A stretch of 34,082 nucleotides of DNA from Fidelibacterota bacterium (GTDB lineage: Bacteria > Fidelibacterota > Marinisomatia > SCGC-AAA003-L08 > D37C17): contig JABHHG010000152.1 of the NCBI GenBank assembly GCA_018671635.1, positions 1-34,082 of the forward strand, given 5' to 3'. The notes below the pieces were generated by a model. That model saw only the letters and a program-made list of their open reading frames with translations, was not told where the DNA came from and searched no databases. Shown here in pieces: positions 9,863 to 19,171 of the stretch. Position 1 is the stretch's first letter; each line of letters begins with the position of its first letter. Both the position numbers and the translations under genes were made by a program.

Positions 9863-12800
9863 ATGCGAATAAAATTTATAATTTCAATATTAATGTTAAC
9901 GGTTTTACTTCCACGGAAGCTCCCTTCTGAAATTCAGATGGACCATTATGACTATCCTTCTTCTATTTTAGGAAAGATCGGAGACAATCCTCCCCCTGGA
10001 AACCCAATGAATGATCGGGCAAAAGGGTACCTTCTTGATGGAAAAATTAAAAGTTCAATTTTAAACTATGGCAATTTTATTGATTGGACATCCTTCCCTG
10101 CAGGATTATGGGGAGATTATGCATATTTACCCCATATCGGATTTATGGCAGGAGTTCCAGGCCATGTATTTTCAGCAGAATTTAATTGGGAATCCACACA
10201 GATTAATTCAGATGGAATAGATAAGAAATATTGGGTATCGTCTGATGGGTATGAAGAATGGTTTGAAAATGTAGATGGTAAATTTGTGGGGATGGCCTTC
10301 AATATTGAAAATGATAATGGTGAACTCTGTACAAAGACTACAAATATAGATGATGAAATGTTTACTTCATTCAAAGACTGCCTTTACCAAATCAATCATG
10401 AAACTGAAGAAGTATATTTATATTTAGATACGGAATTTAATGACCCCAATTTAACGCTTTCAAAAGCTGGACTCGTTTATCCATGGGGGAAACGCCCCCA
10501 ATTAATTGAGCGACTTAGTGAATTTGACTGGTTTGATTATGGTGATGATCAAGAAGAATGGACCGAAGATGATGAATATGTATTTTATGGATATTCTGTT
10601 TCTGAAAGTTGGTTTTCAGAAGGTTTCCCCACTAATACCGACTGGCAACCCGTTACAAAATCCCGAGAAAATACACATAACTCTCAGCTTTCAGCTGGCG
10701 ATATTTTTGGAAATACAATTTATACAGACGCAAATGACTCCTATCCTATACTTGCCCATAGTAAATACACTGAGTCATGGCCAAAAAAATATAATCCCGA
10801 AAAAGGGAATTATGAACCATTCTGGCCTGGGTGGTACGCAAAAGAATATTATGGAAATCAACCGGAAAAATGGGCTGAAGAAAATATTGAAAACTGTAAT
10901 GGAACCCGAAAAGATAAGGACTGTTGGAAGGAAAGTCCCGGCAGGTTTATTTCTGATAATGATGTTTATTTAGAGTTTGATGACCGATGGGCCCATCGAG
11001 GGAATCTCATTAGTGACAATGAATATCAACAACGTGGGTATCCATTGGGTCTGAAAGTTATGGCTGAAGCCCATTCTTATGGTGTGGCGTATGCTGAAGA
11101 TATCATGTTTGTCACTGTGAATATTCGAAATGAAAGTGGTTCTTGGATCGATGAAGATGGACAATATCACCAAGGAATGGTTATGCCAGATGGAACTCGG
11201 CTTAATGGGGGCAAAGGCTTCGACTACGAAAAGATATTCTTGGGATTCTATTTTGACTCCATAATTGTATGGGCTGATTATTTGCAAAATTATGGTGTGT
11301 GGTCAAACACCGATGATTTCATGGAATACTATTGGGATAAGGTTTATCATGATGGTGACTCCTTATTAATTAGCCTTGCCATGACATATGATTATGATGG
11401 AAATAGTAATGGTGCTACAAATATCGGTATTGCTGCAGCACAACTTTTGGATACGCCGTTGGCCACTGATCCTGTAGATTTAAATAAGGATGGTGTCATT
11501 GATATATACCCAGGTGAGCCTCTAAAAATGACGGATTGGCATTGGTTTGATTGGTATAATCGTCCGGGAGTAGTGGATCGTGAAAGTGGAATGAATTGTT
11601 GTGCGGGATATCCCGGGCGACCGCAAGCTCGTAATAAGGAAGCCATTCACTATAAGATGATGGCGGGAGATACAACTAACCTTTCCGAAGATGAAAAACG
11701 ATGGTTTTTTCATACCGCAAATCCTGCAACCGATTCAGATTTTGAATTGAATCCTCACTTTGATTCTTTAGATGGACTATTAGATGAACCTGTTTTCTCA
11801 CAAGGGCAAGAAGGATTTGATTGTATTTTTATTATGAGTTGTGGACCATTTGATTTGAAAGTAGGTGAAACAGTTCCTTTCTCATTTAGTATTATTTTTG
11901 GCGAAGACAAAGAAGACTTAATTACCAATGCCGAATTTGCTCAGCTCATGTATAACTCAAATTATCAAGGTTTTACACCTCCTAAAACACCCATTGTAAG
12001 CTCATCATTTACCAAAAATAAAATTACACTTACGTGGGATAATTCTTCTTTCTACTCTAAAGATGTATTAACTGGATATTCTGATTTTGAAGGCTACCGA
12101 ATTTACAGAAGTGACGATGGAGGCCAAACGTGGGGTGGAATTGAAGATAAAATTTATGACCTAAATGGCAACTTTTATAGTTGGAGACCCATTGCTCAAT
12201 ATGACCTCTCTGCAAAAGAGGATTCAACTCACTGTTTAAAAGGCTTTACGCATGATGGATGTGTAGATAATTTGTTTAGGGGTGAATCAATTATGGGTGA
12301 AGATCCATATGCACCATGGATAAACTTAGGAAATAATTCTGGACTCCCAAATACAAATGAGTTTAACCAATTCGTATTCATAGATTCAAATGTAGTGAAT
12401 GGTGTTGAATACACCTATTCTGTAACTGCTTATGACATGGGAATTTCACCTCGAAAAGTGAGTTATACTCAAACTGAAAATGGAAATTTTGTGAGTGATA
12501 CTACGTATATTGCAAATCCAGATAAATGGGGACGACCCAACGGTTACAACTCGATCGAATCCCCCAAGGGAACCACCATATATGATTCAAATTTCATCAC
12601 AGTTACGCCTGGGAATCAGCCACAAAGCAACCCCCTAAATGTGAAAGTAGTACCCAATCCATATGTTGCCCATAGTCATTTTAATGAAACGGAATATGTA
12701 CGGAAAATTTATTTCACCAATTTACCTTCAAAATGTAAAATAACTATCTATACAATAAATGCTGAAAAAGTGGCCACCCTTAATCATGATAGCTTAACTT

Positions 12801-12922
12801 CTGGCGATATGGATTGGGATATGCGAACTATGAATAATCAGGAAATCTCACCGGGCTTATACCTATTTTCAGTTGAAACTGATACGGATAAATTTATCGG
12901 TAAATTTGCAGTTATACGTTAA
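9863..12922 (+). CDS. large secreted protein of unknown function with an FN3-like module and a T9SS-type (FlgD-Ig-like) C-terminal sorting domain
   Basis: 1019 aa with a signal peptide. ITLTWDNSS...GYRIYRSDDGGQTW is FN3-like. The C-terminus (VKVVPNPY...ITIYTINAEKVATL...SPGLYLFSVETD..KFAVIR) matches the T9SS CTD pattern. Confidence 0.8.
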   Translation: MRIKFIISILMLTVLLPRKLPSEIQMDHYDYPSSILGKIGDNPPPGNPMNDRAKGYLLDGKIKSSILNYGNFIDWTSFPAGLWGDYAYLPHIGFMAGVPGHVFSAEFNWESTQINSDGIDKKYWVSSDGYEEWFENVDGKFVGMAFNIENDNGELCTKTTNIDDEMFTSFKDCLYQINHETEEVYLYLDTEFNDPNLTLSKAGLVYPWGKRPQLIERLSEFDWFDYGDDQEEWTEDDEYVFYGYSVSESWFSEGFPTNTDWQPVTKSRENTHNSQLSAGDIFGNTIYTDANDSYPILAHSKYTESWPKKYNPEKGNYEPFWPGWYAKEYYGNQPEKWAEENIENCNGTRKDKDCWKESPGRFISDNDVYLEFDDRWAHRGNLISDNEYQQRGYPLGLKVMAEAHSYGVAYAEDIMFVTVNIRNESGSWIDEDGQYHQGMVMPDGTRLNGGKGFDYEKIFLGFYFDSIIVWADYLQNYGVWSNTDDFMEYYWDKVYHDGDSLLISLAMTYDYDGNSNGATNIGIAAAQLLDTPLATDPVDLNKDGVIDIYPGEPLKMTDWHWFDWYNRPGVVDRESGMNCCAGYPGRPQARNKEAIHYKMMAGDTTNLSEDEKRWFFHTANPATDSDFELNPHFDSLDGLLDEPVFSQGQEGFDCIFIMSCGPFDLKVGETVPFSFSIIFGEDKEDLITNAEFAQLMYNSNYQGFTPPKTPIVSSSFTKNKITLTWDNSSFYSKDVLTGYSDFEGYRIYRSDDGGQTWGGIEDKIYDLNGNFYSWRPIAQYDLSAKEDSTHCLKGFTHDGCVDNLFRGESIMGEDPYAPWINLGNNSGLPNTNEFNQFVFIDSNVVNGVEYTYSVTAYDMGISPRKVSYTQTENGNFVSDTTYIANPDKWGRPNGYNSIESPKGTTIYDSNFITVTPGNQPQSNPLNVKVVPNPYVAHSHFNETEYVRKIYFTNLPSKCKITIYTINAEKVATLNHDSLTSGDMDWDMRTMNNQEISPGLYLFSVETDTDKFIGKFAVIR

Positions 12923-13160
12923 TTATACTTGGATTGTTTTCCATGTCCCTTGCTTAACTTTCCAATACATAATCATGGCAAATAGAATTAAGTACAATCC
13001 AAAAAATGTCCACGGACCCCAGAGCCCAAACCCTTTGATAACTCCGAAATAATAACTCCCCGGAAGAAAAAAGAACCAGCATAATATTCCATCCACCATC
13101 CCTGGAAAGGCTGTATTTCCTGCACCAGATAATGCAAACCATAAAGTAATTGCCACTGCA
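12923..13160 (-). pseudogene. C-terminal remnant (~78 aa) of a MATE-family efflux transporter
   Basis: ALSGAGNTAFPGMVDGILCWFFFLPGSYYFG...GLWGPW...KQGTWKTIQV matches the last two TM helices and tail of MATE/NorM proteins. About 370 aa of N-terminus are missing. A stop lies upstream in frame at 13211-13213. Confidence 0.6.
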
Positions 13161-13337
13161 TCCGCAGACCATGCCGTTATGATTAAAATTAGGCCCCCAC
13201 TTCCAATCCTCTAAAATTTCAGGGTCGGCATCATGTACAATATCTCGCAATTTTTTAAAAATAGGTTTTGCATAATCGGGAGAAGTAGAAATGTAATCGT
13301 CAATTTTCTGTGATGCATCAGGATTAATCTTACTTAT
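13161..13337 (-). pseudogene. N-terminal remnant (~58 aa) of a DUF1801 (YdhG-like) protein, with no ATG
   Basis: The frame reads ISKINPDASQKIDDYISTSPDYAKPIFKKLRDIVHDADPEILEDWKWGPNFNHNGMVCG and then turns into nonsense. The codon where a start is expected is ATA, overlapping the amidohydrolase stop (ATAA). Confidence 0.55.
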
Positions 13338-15103
13338 TCTGTATCCAATTTAAATATTGTATTTCCATTTACAATGGTTTCTATAACTTGTATATACTTG
13401 ATTTTATCTTCCAATACCTCCAGCGGATTCTTCTCCAAAATTACAAAATCTGCGTACTTGCCTACTTCTATAGAACCTATTTTATCATCCATTTTAATTT
13501 GCCATGCCGAATAAATGGTCATTGCTTTTAATGCAGATTCTACTGTCACTTTATTATGTGGGCCAATTAACTTGCCATCCCTAGTCTTTCTATTTACTGC
13601 AGTATGAATCAAACTAAGTGGATTGCTTGCAAACATGGGCTGATCAGCATGAAGTGAATATCGTAAAGAATGATCTTCTGCAGTGCCAACAGGTAAAATT
13701 TCGGCGGCTCGTTTTTCACCAATGATATTTTCGGCTAAAGCTTCACCATAATAATAAAGATGGTTAATATGAAAACTGGGATGGATATTCAATTTTTCCA
13801 TTTTTTGAATTGATGACTCTTCAAGGAGTAAACAATGCTCTAAGCGATGACGAGAATCTTTACCCATTTCGAGGTCAGCTTCTTGAAAAATATCTAAAAT
13901 TTCTTGAATAGCCATATCACCTTGGGCGTGTGTTGCAATTTGCCACCCGTGAGAATCATAGCTAGAAATTAATGCAGAAAATTCATCTTTATCCAGTAAA
14001 GCCACACCCGAATGTGAATGGGGAAAATGCAATTTATCAATGGTCAAATCACTCTCTAAATAGGGGTCGTCAATGTACATTGAGCCCGTATATGGAGAAC
14101 CATCATACCAAAACTTTACACCCACAATCTTGAAAAAATCATCTCCATTATTTATGGAGAGTGGGAGTAATTCAGATGCATCATTACGAATAAAAACAAA
14201 ATGTCGTACACTCGGTTTTCGCTTCGGCAACAGTCCAACTTGTGATAACAACTTATTTAAAAATGATGACCGTTCAGATGATAAATGATTATATAATCTG
14301 ATAATATTGGGATCGTCTGTAGTAATTCCCATGGCAGTAATGGTGGTATTCCCATTTTGAGCATAGGCATCTAATACCTTTACACAATTTTCTTTCAGCA
14401 TATCATTCCCCAATGCTAAAATCATGGATTCTTTGAATGGTTTAAATGCTTCTTGTTCAGAAATATAACCGGTGAGATTCCCCTCATAATCCTTTTCATA
14501 AAAACTGGATTCACTGGGGTTGGGTGAATGCTTACTTATTCCTGCAGCTTGAAAGGCCAATGTATTTGCCCAATAAGAATGCATAGGCAATGACGCAATA
14601 AATATAGGATTATTTGGGGCAATAGAATCTAAATAGTTTATATTCGGTGGGTCTAATCCATCTACTAATACTTGATCGAAACCTTTACAGAGAATCCACT
14701 CATTGGGTTTATATTGAGAAATACTTTTTTCTAAATGAGACCATACTGCTTCTTTGGAGTCATGTTTAAATCCACTCAAATCAATCATTCCATATAAAAA
14801 TGCAGATGCTACGGGATGGGTATGTGGATCAATAAATCCAGGCATAAGTGTTTTACCCTTGAGATCAATCGGTGTTGTATTTTGTTTAACTTTCTTTTCA
14901 ATTGTATGTTTATCACCAATAGCCTTGATGATGCCATTCTCAATATAGACTGCTTCTGGAGATTCTACATTATCCTCCATGGTAAGAATGTTACCATTAT
15001 AATATAGCTGTGAACTATTCGGTATAAAATTATCAGAATTATGAATGATAATTATAAAATAACCTACTACCGAAATGCCTAAAAAAATTAAAAGATTACG
15101 CAT
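13334..15103 (-). CDS. metal-dependent amidohydrolase (Amidohydro_3 / YtcJ-like), with N-terminal TM or signal anchor
   Basis: 589 aa. MPGFIDPHTHP, ATHAQGD, RLEHC and GSIEVGKYADFVIL are signature segments of the family. Confidence 0.85.
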   Translation of the reverse strand: MRNLLIFLGISVVGYFIIIIHNSDNFIPNSSQLYYNGNILTMEDNVESPEAVYIENGIIKAIGDKHTIEKKVKQNTTPIDLKGKTLMPGFIDPHTHPVASAFLYGMIDLSGFKHDSKEAVWSHLEKSISQYKPNEWILCKGFDQVLVDGLDPPNINYLDSIAPNNPIFIASLPMHSYWANTLAFQAAGISKHSPNPSESSFYEKDYEGNLTGYISEQEAFKPFKESMILALGNDMLKENCVKVLDAYAQNGNTTITAMGITTDDPNIIRLYNHLSSERSSFLNKLLSQVGLLPKRKPSVRHFVFIRNDASELLPLSINNGDDFFKIVGVKFWYDGSPYTGSMYIDDPYLESDLTIDKLHFPHSHSGVALLDKDEFSALISSYDSHGWQIATHAQGDMAIQEILDIFQEADLEMGKDSRHRLEHCLLLEESSIQKMEKLNIHPSFHINHLYYYGEALAENIIGEKRAAEILPVGTAEDHSLRYSLHADQPMFASNPLSLIHTAVNRKTRDGKLIGPHNKVTVESALKAMTIYSAWQIKMDDKIGSIEVGKYADFVILEKNPLEVLEDKIKYIQVIETIVNGNTIFKLDTE

Positions 15104-15110
15104 ACCTACC

Positions 15111-16127
15111 TTAATCTAAAATGCAATGTTCAAAATGATCTGCAAAAACAGCACCAATTAATAAGTGTTTATTATATACAGCGGACACACTTGATCCCGA
15201 TAGGATTTCACCCGAATCTAGATATATTTCATCCACCTTATGATTAAGCAATGAATCAATAGATACCCGTAATACTTGAGATGGCGATAAATTATTTTTA
15301 CTTTTGGCATGGCGAGTAAAGGCTAACATTTGGGGATGAGAACCAATCCATAAGTTTCCATTTTCATCAAGTTCAATATTATCAACACCCGTATTTATGT
15401 TAACAGATTTACTAAAAGTGAGTGCATTTGAAATTGAGTTTCGTGTATAAAACGATAACCGCTTACCTATGCTTTCTGCCACATAGACAATCTCTTTTGA
15501 AGGAGAAATATTTATGCCATTTGCATATTTAACATCGTCTAGCACCACTGTAAAATTATCCCCATCATAGAATAATACATTTGAGCTGGACAGTTGAAGA
15601 TAATCCTCTACCGTTTTAATAAATTCCGAATGACTCCCATGGTCATTAGTTACATAGAATTGATTCTCATTGATTGCCACGAGATCATTTGGACTCACCA
15701 ATTTTTCATTACTAATAGTCTTATAGTGAACCAAACTATCTTCCGAATACGTAAACATTTCTATGGTATGGGCATCTTGTTTATGATTGACTGCATAAAT
15801 ATAAATTTGATGGGGAGCTTCAAATACAGAAATTCCATGGGGATGAAAATCAAAATTTAAATTGGGCGTTAAGTTAATCAAGGTTGGTTTTTCATCGTTA
15901 AGATTATAGGCATAGATATGACCTTGAATAGGTCTCTCCGCCAACGTGGCCCACCTATTATCTGACGATATGATGGCAATTCCATTACTCAAAATAGTAA
16001 TATCTTCAGCACCATCTACCCCAAATATGGACTGACAATCCCCCTCAAAATGAGCATTTATAGTCTTAAATTCACCTGCATCATATATTGTTTTCACAAT
16101 AAAAATTGACATGGCCACAAACAACAA
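15111..16127 (-). CDS. paraoxonase/arylesterase (PON)-like six-bladed beta-propeller lactonase
   Basis: Collinear hand alignment to mammalian PON1: GAEDITILSNGIAIISS, FHPHGISVF...IYIYAVNH...HTIEMF, YVTNDH, ANGINISP...VYVAE, VDNIELDENGNLWIGSHP, SPSQVLRV, GSSVSAVYNKHLLIGAVF. N-terminal membrane anchor as in PONs. Confidence 0.85.
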   Translation of the reverse strand: MLFVAMSIFIVKTIYDAGEFKTINAHFEGDCQSIFGVDGAEDITILSNGIAIISSDNRWATLAERPIQGHIYAYNLNDEKPTLINLTPNLNFDFHPHGISVFEAPHQIYIYAVNHKQDAHTIEMFTYSEDSLVHYKTISNEKLVSPNDLVAINENQFYVTNDHGSHSEFIKTVEDYLQLSSSNVLFYDGDNFTVVLDDVKYANGINISPSKEIVYVAESIGKRLSFYTRNSISNALTFSKSVNINTGVDNIELDENGNLWIGSHPQMLAFTRHAKSKNNLSPSQVLRVSIDSLLNHKVDEIYLDSGEILSGSSVSAVYNKHLLIGAVFADHFEHCILD

Positions 16128-16174
16128 TAGTAAAATCTTTTTTATGAAATTACCTACCTATACTTTAAATTTAT

Positions 16175-16666
16175 CTAATTATTACCACTATCTATTATTA
16201 GAAGAAGAGGTACTGGCAATACCCCCGAAATACCAAATTGTTTTTGAACTTGGTTATGAAAATATATTTTTTCATAAATCATCAATCCAAAAGCCCCCAA
16301 CCAATACTTAGTTCTTTTAGAAACATTCCCATCTTTATCAATCAACTTTCCTTTTCCTGCTCCTACAACAGACATAAGAGAAATTTGGTAATCATAATAT
16401 TTATACATTTCTGAGAGAGAGTTTTTTTGATAATATGCTCTTATGCCATATGTTCTGCCCAAAAATAAAGGAAAGGTATCTTCAGAATGCTTACCAATCT
16501 TTATTCCAGAGCCAATAGTGACTTGAAAAGATAAAGACAATTTACTATCCTCTGTAATTCCAATTTGTATTCCTGGACTAATATAAGGAGTTAAGAATGA
16601 GTGAGAACCATCATGTCCGAAGGCACATCCAATCATAAATAATAATATAGTTAATCTGTAAACCAT
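16175..16666 (-). CDS. hypothetical secreted/outer-membrane protein
   Basis: 163-aa ORF with a signal peptide (MVYRLTILLFMIGCAFG). Alternating beta-strand-like pattern. Weak N-terminal resemblance to the neighbouring ORF (YIS.G). Confidence 0.4.
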   Translation of the reverse strand: MVYRLTILLFMIGCAFGHDGSHSFLTPYISPGIQIGITEDSKLSLSFQVTIGSGIKIGKHSEDTFPLFLGRTYGIRAYYQKNSLSEMYKYYDYQISLMSVVGAGKGKLIDKDGNVSKRTKYWLGAFGLMIYEKIYFHNQVQKQFGISGVLPVPLLLIIDSGNN

Positions 16667-16684
16667 AAGATGTTTTTAAAAACT

Positions 16685-17155
16685 TTAATCAAATCTAAAG
16701 TTTAAATTTAAAAAAGGAAATCCCCAGAGTTCATAATTATCTTCCTCGCCATCTACCACTCCCACGTACCCTAACTTAATTTGAATCCAATTCGATAAAT
16801 CATATTCTAGGGAAAGTGAAGTAGACACCGTATTTATTTCTCCAGTGCCCGAATGTTGATTGTTTAAAAATAGTCTATTAAATGAAAATACAGAATTAAC
16901 AGAAAATCCATTTTGTTTAAAATAATGATGTTTTAGTCCTCCACCAATTGTGTGAAAAATAATTGATGTGCCTCCACCAAAAAATAAAGAATTCATCTCA
17001 TCCAAATTTAGATTTGAAGTGTAACCTATGAGGCTTAATCCTATTTTATCATCAAACATTCCAATTGATATATATTGCATTGAGGACTTTTCTGTTTTAT
17101 CGTGGAATCCAAAAGAAAGTCCAAACAACAACAATATAGAAAATATATATTTCAT
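16685..17155 (-). CDS. hypothetical small outer-membrane beta-barrel-like protein
   Basis: 156 aa with a signal peptide. Alternating hydrophobic pattern and an aromatic-rich C-terminus (FLNLNFRFD). Confidence 0.45.
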   Translation of the reverse strand: MKYIFSILLLFGLSFGFHDKTEKSSMQYISIGMFDDKIGLSLIGYTSNLNLDEMNSLFFGGGTSIIFHTIGGGLKHHYFKQNGFSVNSVFSFNRLFLNNQHSGTGEINTVSTSLSLEYDLSNWIQIKLGYVGVVDGEEDNYELWGFPFLNLNFRFD

Positions 17156-17261
17156 TATTTCCCTATATACAGTTTCTTATTTTATAATTTATCAATGGAT
17201 TAATAATAATAAATATTAAAGAAACTAATTTTAAGGAGCAGGTGGAGTTGATTAAATTCCA

Positions 17262-18386
17262 TTAATTCTGAGCCATAGCAATTTTTCTTTCGGCTGGAGT
17301 AGCATAGTTTTCATCCCAGTCCACTAATTTTTTATCCATAACCTTTCGATAGGCAAATGGTAGGAAAAATGCTAAATACAACATGCTTAAATACCCCTGT
17401 GGCATCATGGGCGCATCAGGATATGCATCCAGTTCCCAAAATTTCAAATTGGCTTTTTCATGATGAGCAGAATGCCGAGTAACATTATATAAAAGTAAAC
17501 TACTTATAATGTTATTAGAATTCCATGAATGACGTTTGCATACTGGCATATTGGGTTCTCTCACTAAACCATAATGCTCAGTATAATTAATAACCTCTAA
17601 AAACGATTTGGCCAATAATGCACATAATAGATAAAATGTCATCCCCACTATGCCACCGATTAAATATGCTCCAATTGTTATCAACAGACTCCGGGTATAT
17701 CCAATTAGCATTTTATTATGGATACCAAATGAGGTATACCCTCTCTTCTTTAAATGATCAAACTCAATAAGCCAAGCATCATGTTGCTCCTTTATAATTG
17801 CGGACAATATAAAACGGTACAATCCCTCCCCCCGTTTAGCGGTAGCGGGATCAGTAGGTAAACCAACATTTTTATGATGACCATATACATGCTCTAAGGC
17901 AAAGGCACAATCCCAAGAAAATGCCAAAAGCCAATTGCCAAAAAACATATTCAATTTGTCTTTTTTGCGGTGGGTTAACTCATGCCCGGGATTAACTCCA
18001 TTTAGGCCAATAAAAAGTGCTGATAATAGAACTAGCGATATGCCATCAAATATAGTAACTCCATCTTTGATGTGTATAAGATCGATGAATAAAAATCTAT
18101 TGTAAAAATTGACTAATAATAGGGAGCCTTGATTGCCAAATATATAGACAACCATGGTTAGAAAAATTACCAATGGAACTATGTTGATATAAATGGGCAG
18201 ATTTATCAGAAATGGATATGAATATTTTTCAGTGGATACATCCTTCCCCAAGAAAATATCCCCTAAAATTATTATAGAAGAAAAGCAGATGAAATAAATA
18301 GTGGGGGAATTTCCTCCTATTGAGCAAATTATAATTGCTGAAATAAGTAATAAAGTGGAAAGATAATATTTTAAATATTTTAACAT
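17262..18386 (-). CDS. alkB: alkane 1-monooxygenase (AlkB-type integral-membrane di-iron hydroxylase)
   Basis: All four AlkB histidine boxes are present: HELTHRK, EHVYGHHKNV, NYTEHYGL, HSAHHEKA. PTDPATAKRGE also matches. Start placed at ATG 18386, 6 nt after AAAGGTG; the ORF-track start is GTG 18395. Confidence 0.85.
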   Translation of the reverse strand: MLKYLKYYLSTLLLISAIIICSIGGNSPTIYFICFSSIIILGDIFLGKDVSTEKYSYPFLINLPIYINIVPLVIFLTMVVYIFGNQGSLLLVNFYNRFLFIDLIHIKDGVTIFDGISLVLLSALFIGLNGVNPGHELTHRKKDKLNMFFGNWLLAFSWDCAFALEHVYGHHKNVGLPTDPATAKRGEGLYRFILSAIIKEQHDAWLIEFDHLKKRGYTSFGIHNKMLIGYTRSLLITIGAYLIGGIVGMTFYLLCALLAKSFLEVINYTEHYGLVREPNMPVCKRHSWNSNNIISSLLLYNVTRHSAHHEKANLKFWELDAYPDAPMMPQGYLSMLYLAFFLPFAYRKVMDKKLVDWDENYATPAERKIAMAQN

Positions 18387-18422
18387 GCAATACACCTTTT
18401 GAATAATTTAATTTTCATTAAT

Positions 18423-19043
18423 TCATATTAATTGCAATGTTTTATCGAAGGTAATTTTGCCAATTGCGGTTAATTGTGGTTTGATAATTGATAAGGATAA
18501 TACAATACCTTTTTTAATTCGTTCATCATCAAATACCTTTTTTTCGATGGAGGAATAACTGGCCCAATACCACATAATTATCCACTGCTTTTCCAATAAT
18601 TCGTCAACAATTAGAAGGGAATCTTTTTTTAATAATTTTATTTTAACTAAATTGGATAGTAGCTTAAAATAGCTCTCTTCAATGAGTCCTTTCAGTTCAC
18701 TATAACCATTCTGTAATTCTTTATCATGCTTTACTAAGCGGACACCTTCAAAAAATAAAAATTGATACGATTTTTGCACTTTAAAAAAACTGTGAAATAA
18801 GGTAGTAAAGCGTTCACTAAAATCTGAAACATCATCTAATTGAAATTGAAATATGGAGACAAGTTCACTATTGAATTGTCTAGATATTGCTCTAATAATA
18901 TCATTTTTACTGCTAAAATGATAGTATAAATTGCCCGGGCTTATACCCATTGCTTTGGCGATATGATTAGTTGATACCAAATTTGTACCCTGTTTATTGA
19001 AAAGCTTTATTGCAGTATTAATTATTTTATTTTTAGTTTTCAT
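18423..19043 (-). CDS. TetR/AcrR family transcriptional regulator
   Basis: N-terminal HTH (INTAIKLFNKQGTNLVSTNHIAKAMGISPGNLYYHFSSKNDII). Lies directly upstream of alkB on the same strand. Confidence 0.9.
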   Translation of the reverse strand: MKTKNKIINTAIKLFNKQGTNLVSTNHIAKAMGISPGNLYYHFSSKNDIIRAISRQFNSELVSIFQFQLDDVSDFSERFTTLFHSFFKVQKSYQFLFFEGVRLVKHDKELQNGYSELKGLIEESYFKLLSNLVKIKLLKKDSLLIVDELLEKQWIIMWYWASYSSIEKKVFDDERIKKGIVLSLSIIKPQLTAIGKITFDKTLQLI

Positions 19044-19066
19044 AAATACTTTATTTGTAGATTAAT

Positions 19067-19101
19067 TACTCTAATATTTTAGTATAAATACTCTAATATT
19101 T
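19067..19101. promoter_or_regulatory. two perfect 13-bp direct repeats (TACTCTAATATTT) spaced 22 bp apart in the tetR / NAD(P)-binding-gene divergent intergenic region
   Basis: Read directly at 19067-19079 and 19089-19101. Candidate operator or promoter elements. Confidence 0.3.
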
Positions 19102-19171
19102 CAAATATTTTTATTATAAACTTTTTGTTCAATAAATTTATGCGATAAATTGTAAAGGAATTTTAAATATC

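Noticed and set aside
16175-17155. The two small OMP-like ORFs as tandem paralogues
   Set aside because: The only similarity is a short N-terminal patch (FG.H...YIS.G). That is insufficient by eye, so they are kept as separate hypothetical proteins.
17171-17226. 8-bp inverted repeat AGTTTCTT / AAGAAACT between alkB and the OMP-like gene
   Set aside because: It has a 40-nt AT-rich loop, a short stem and no U-tract, which is compatible with chance in AT-rich intergenic DNA.
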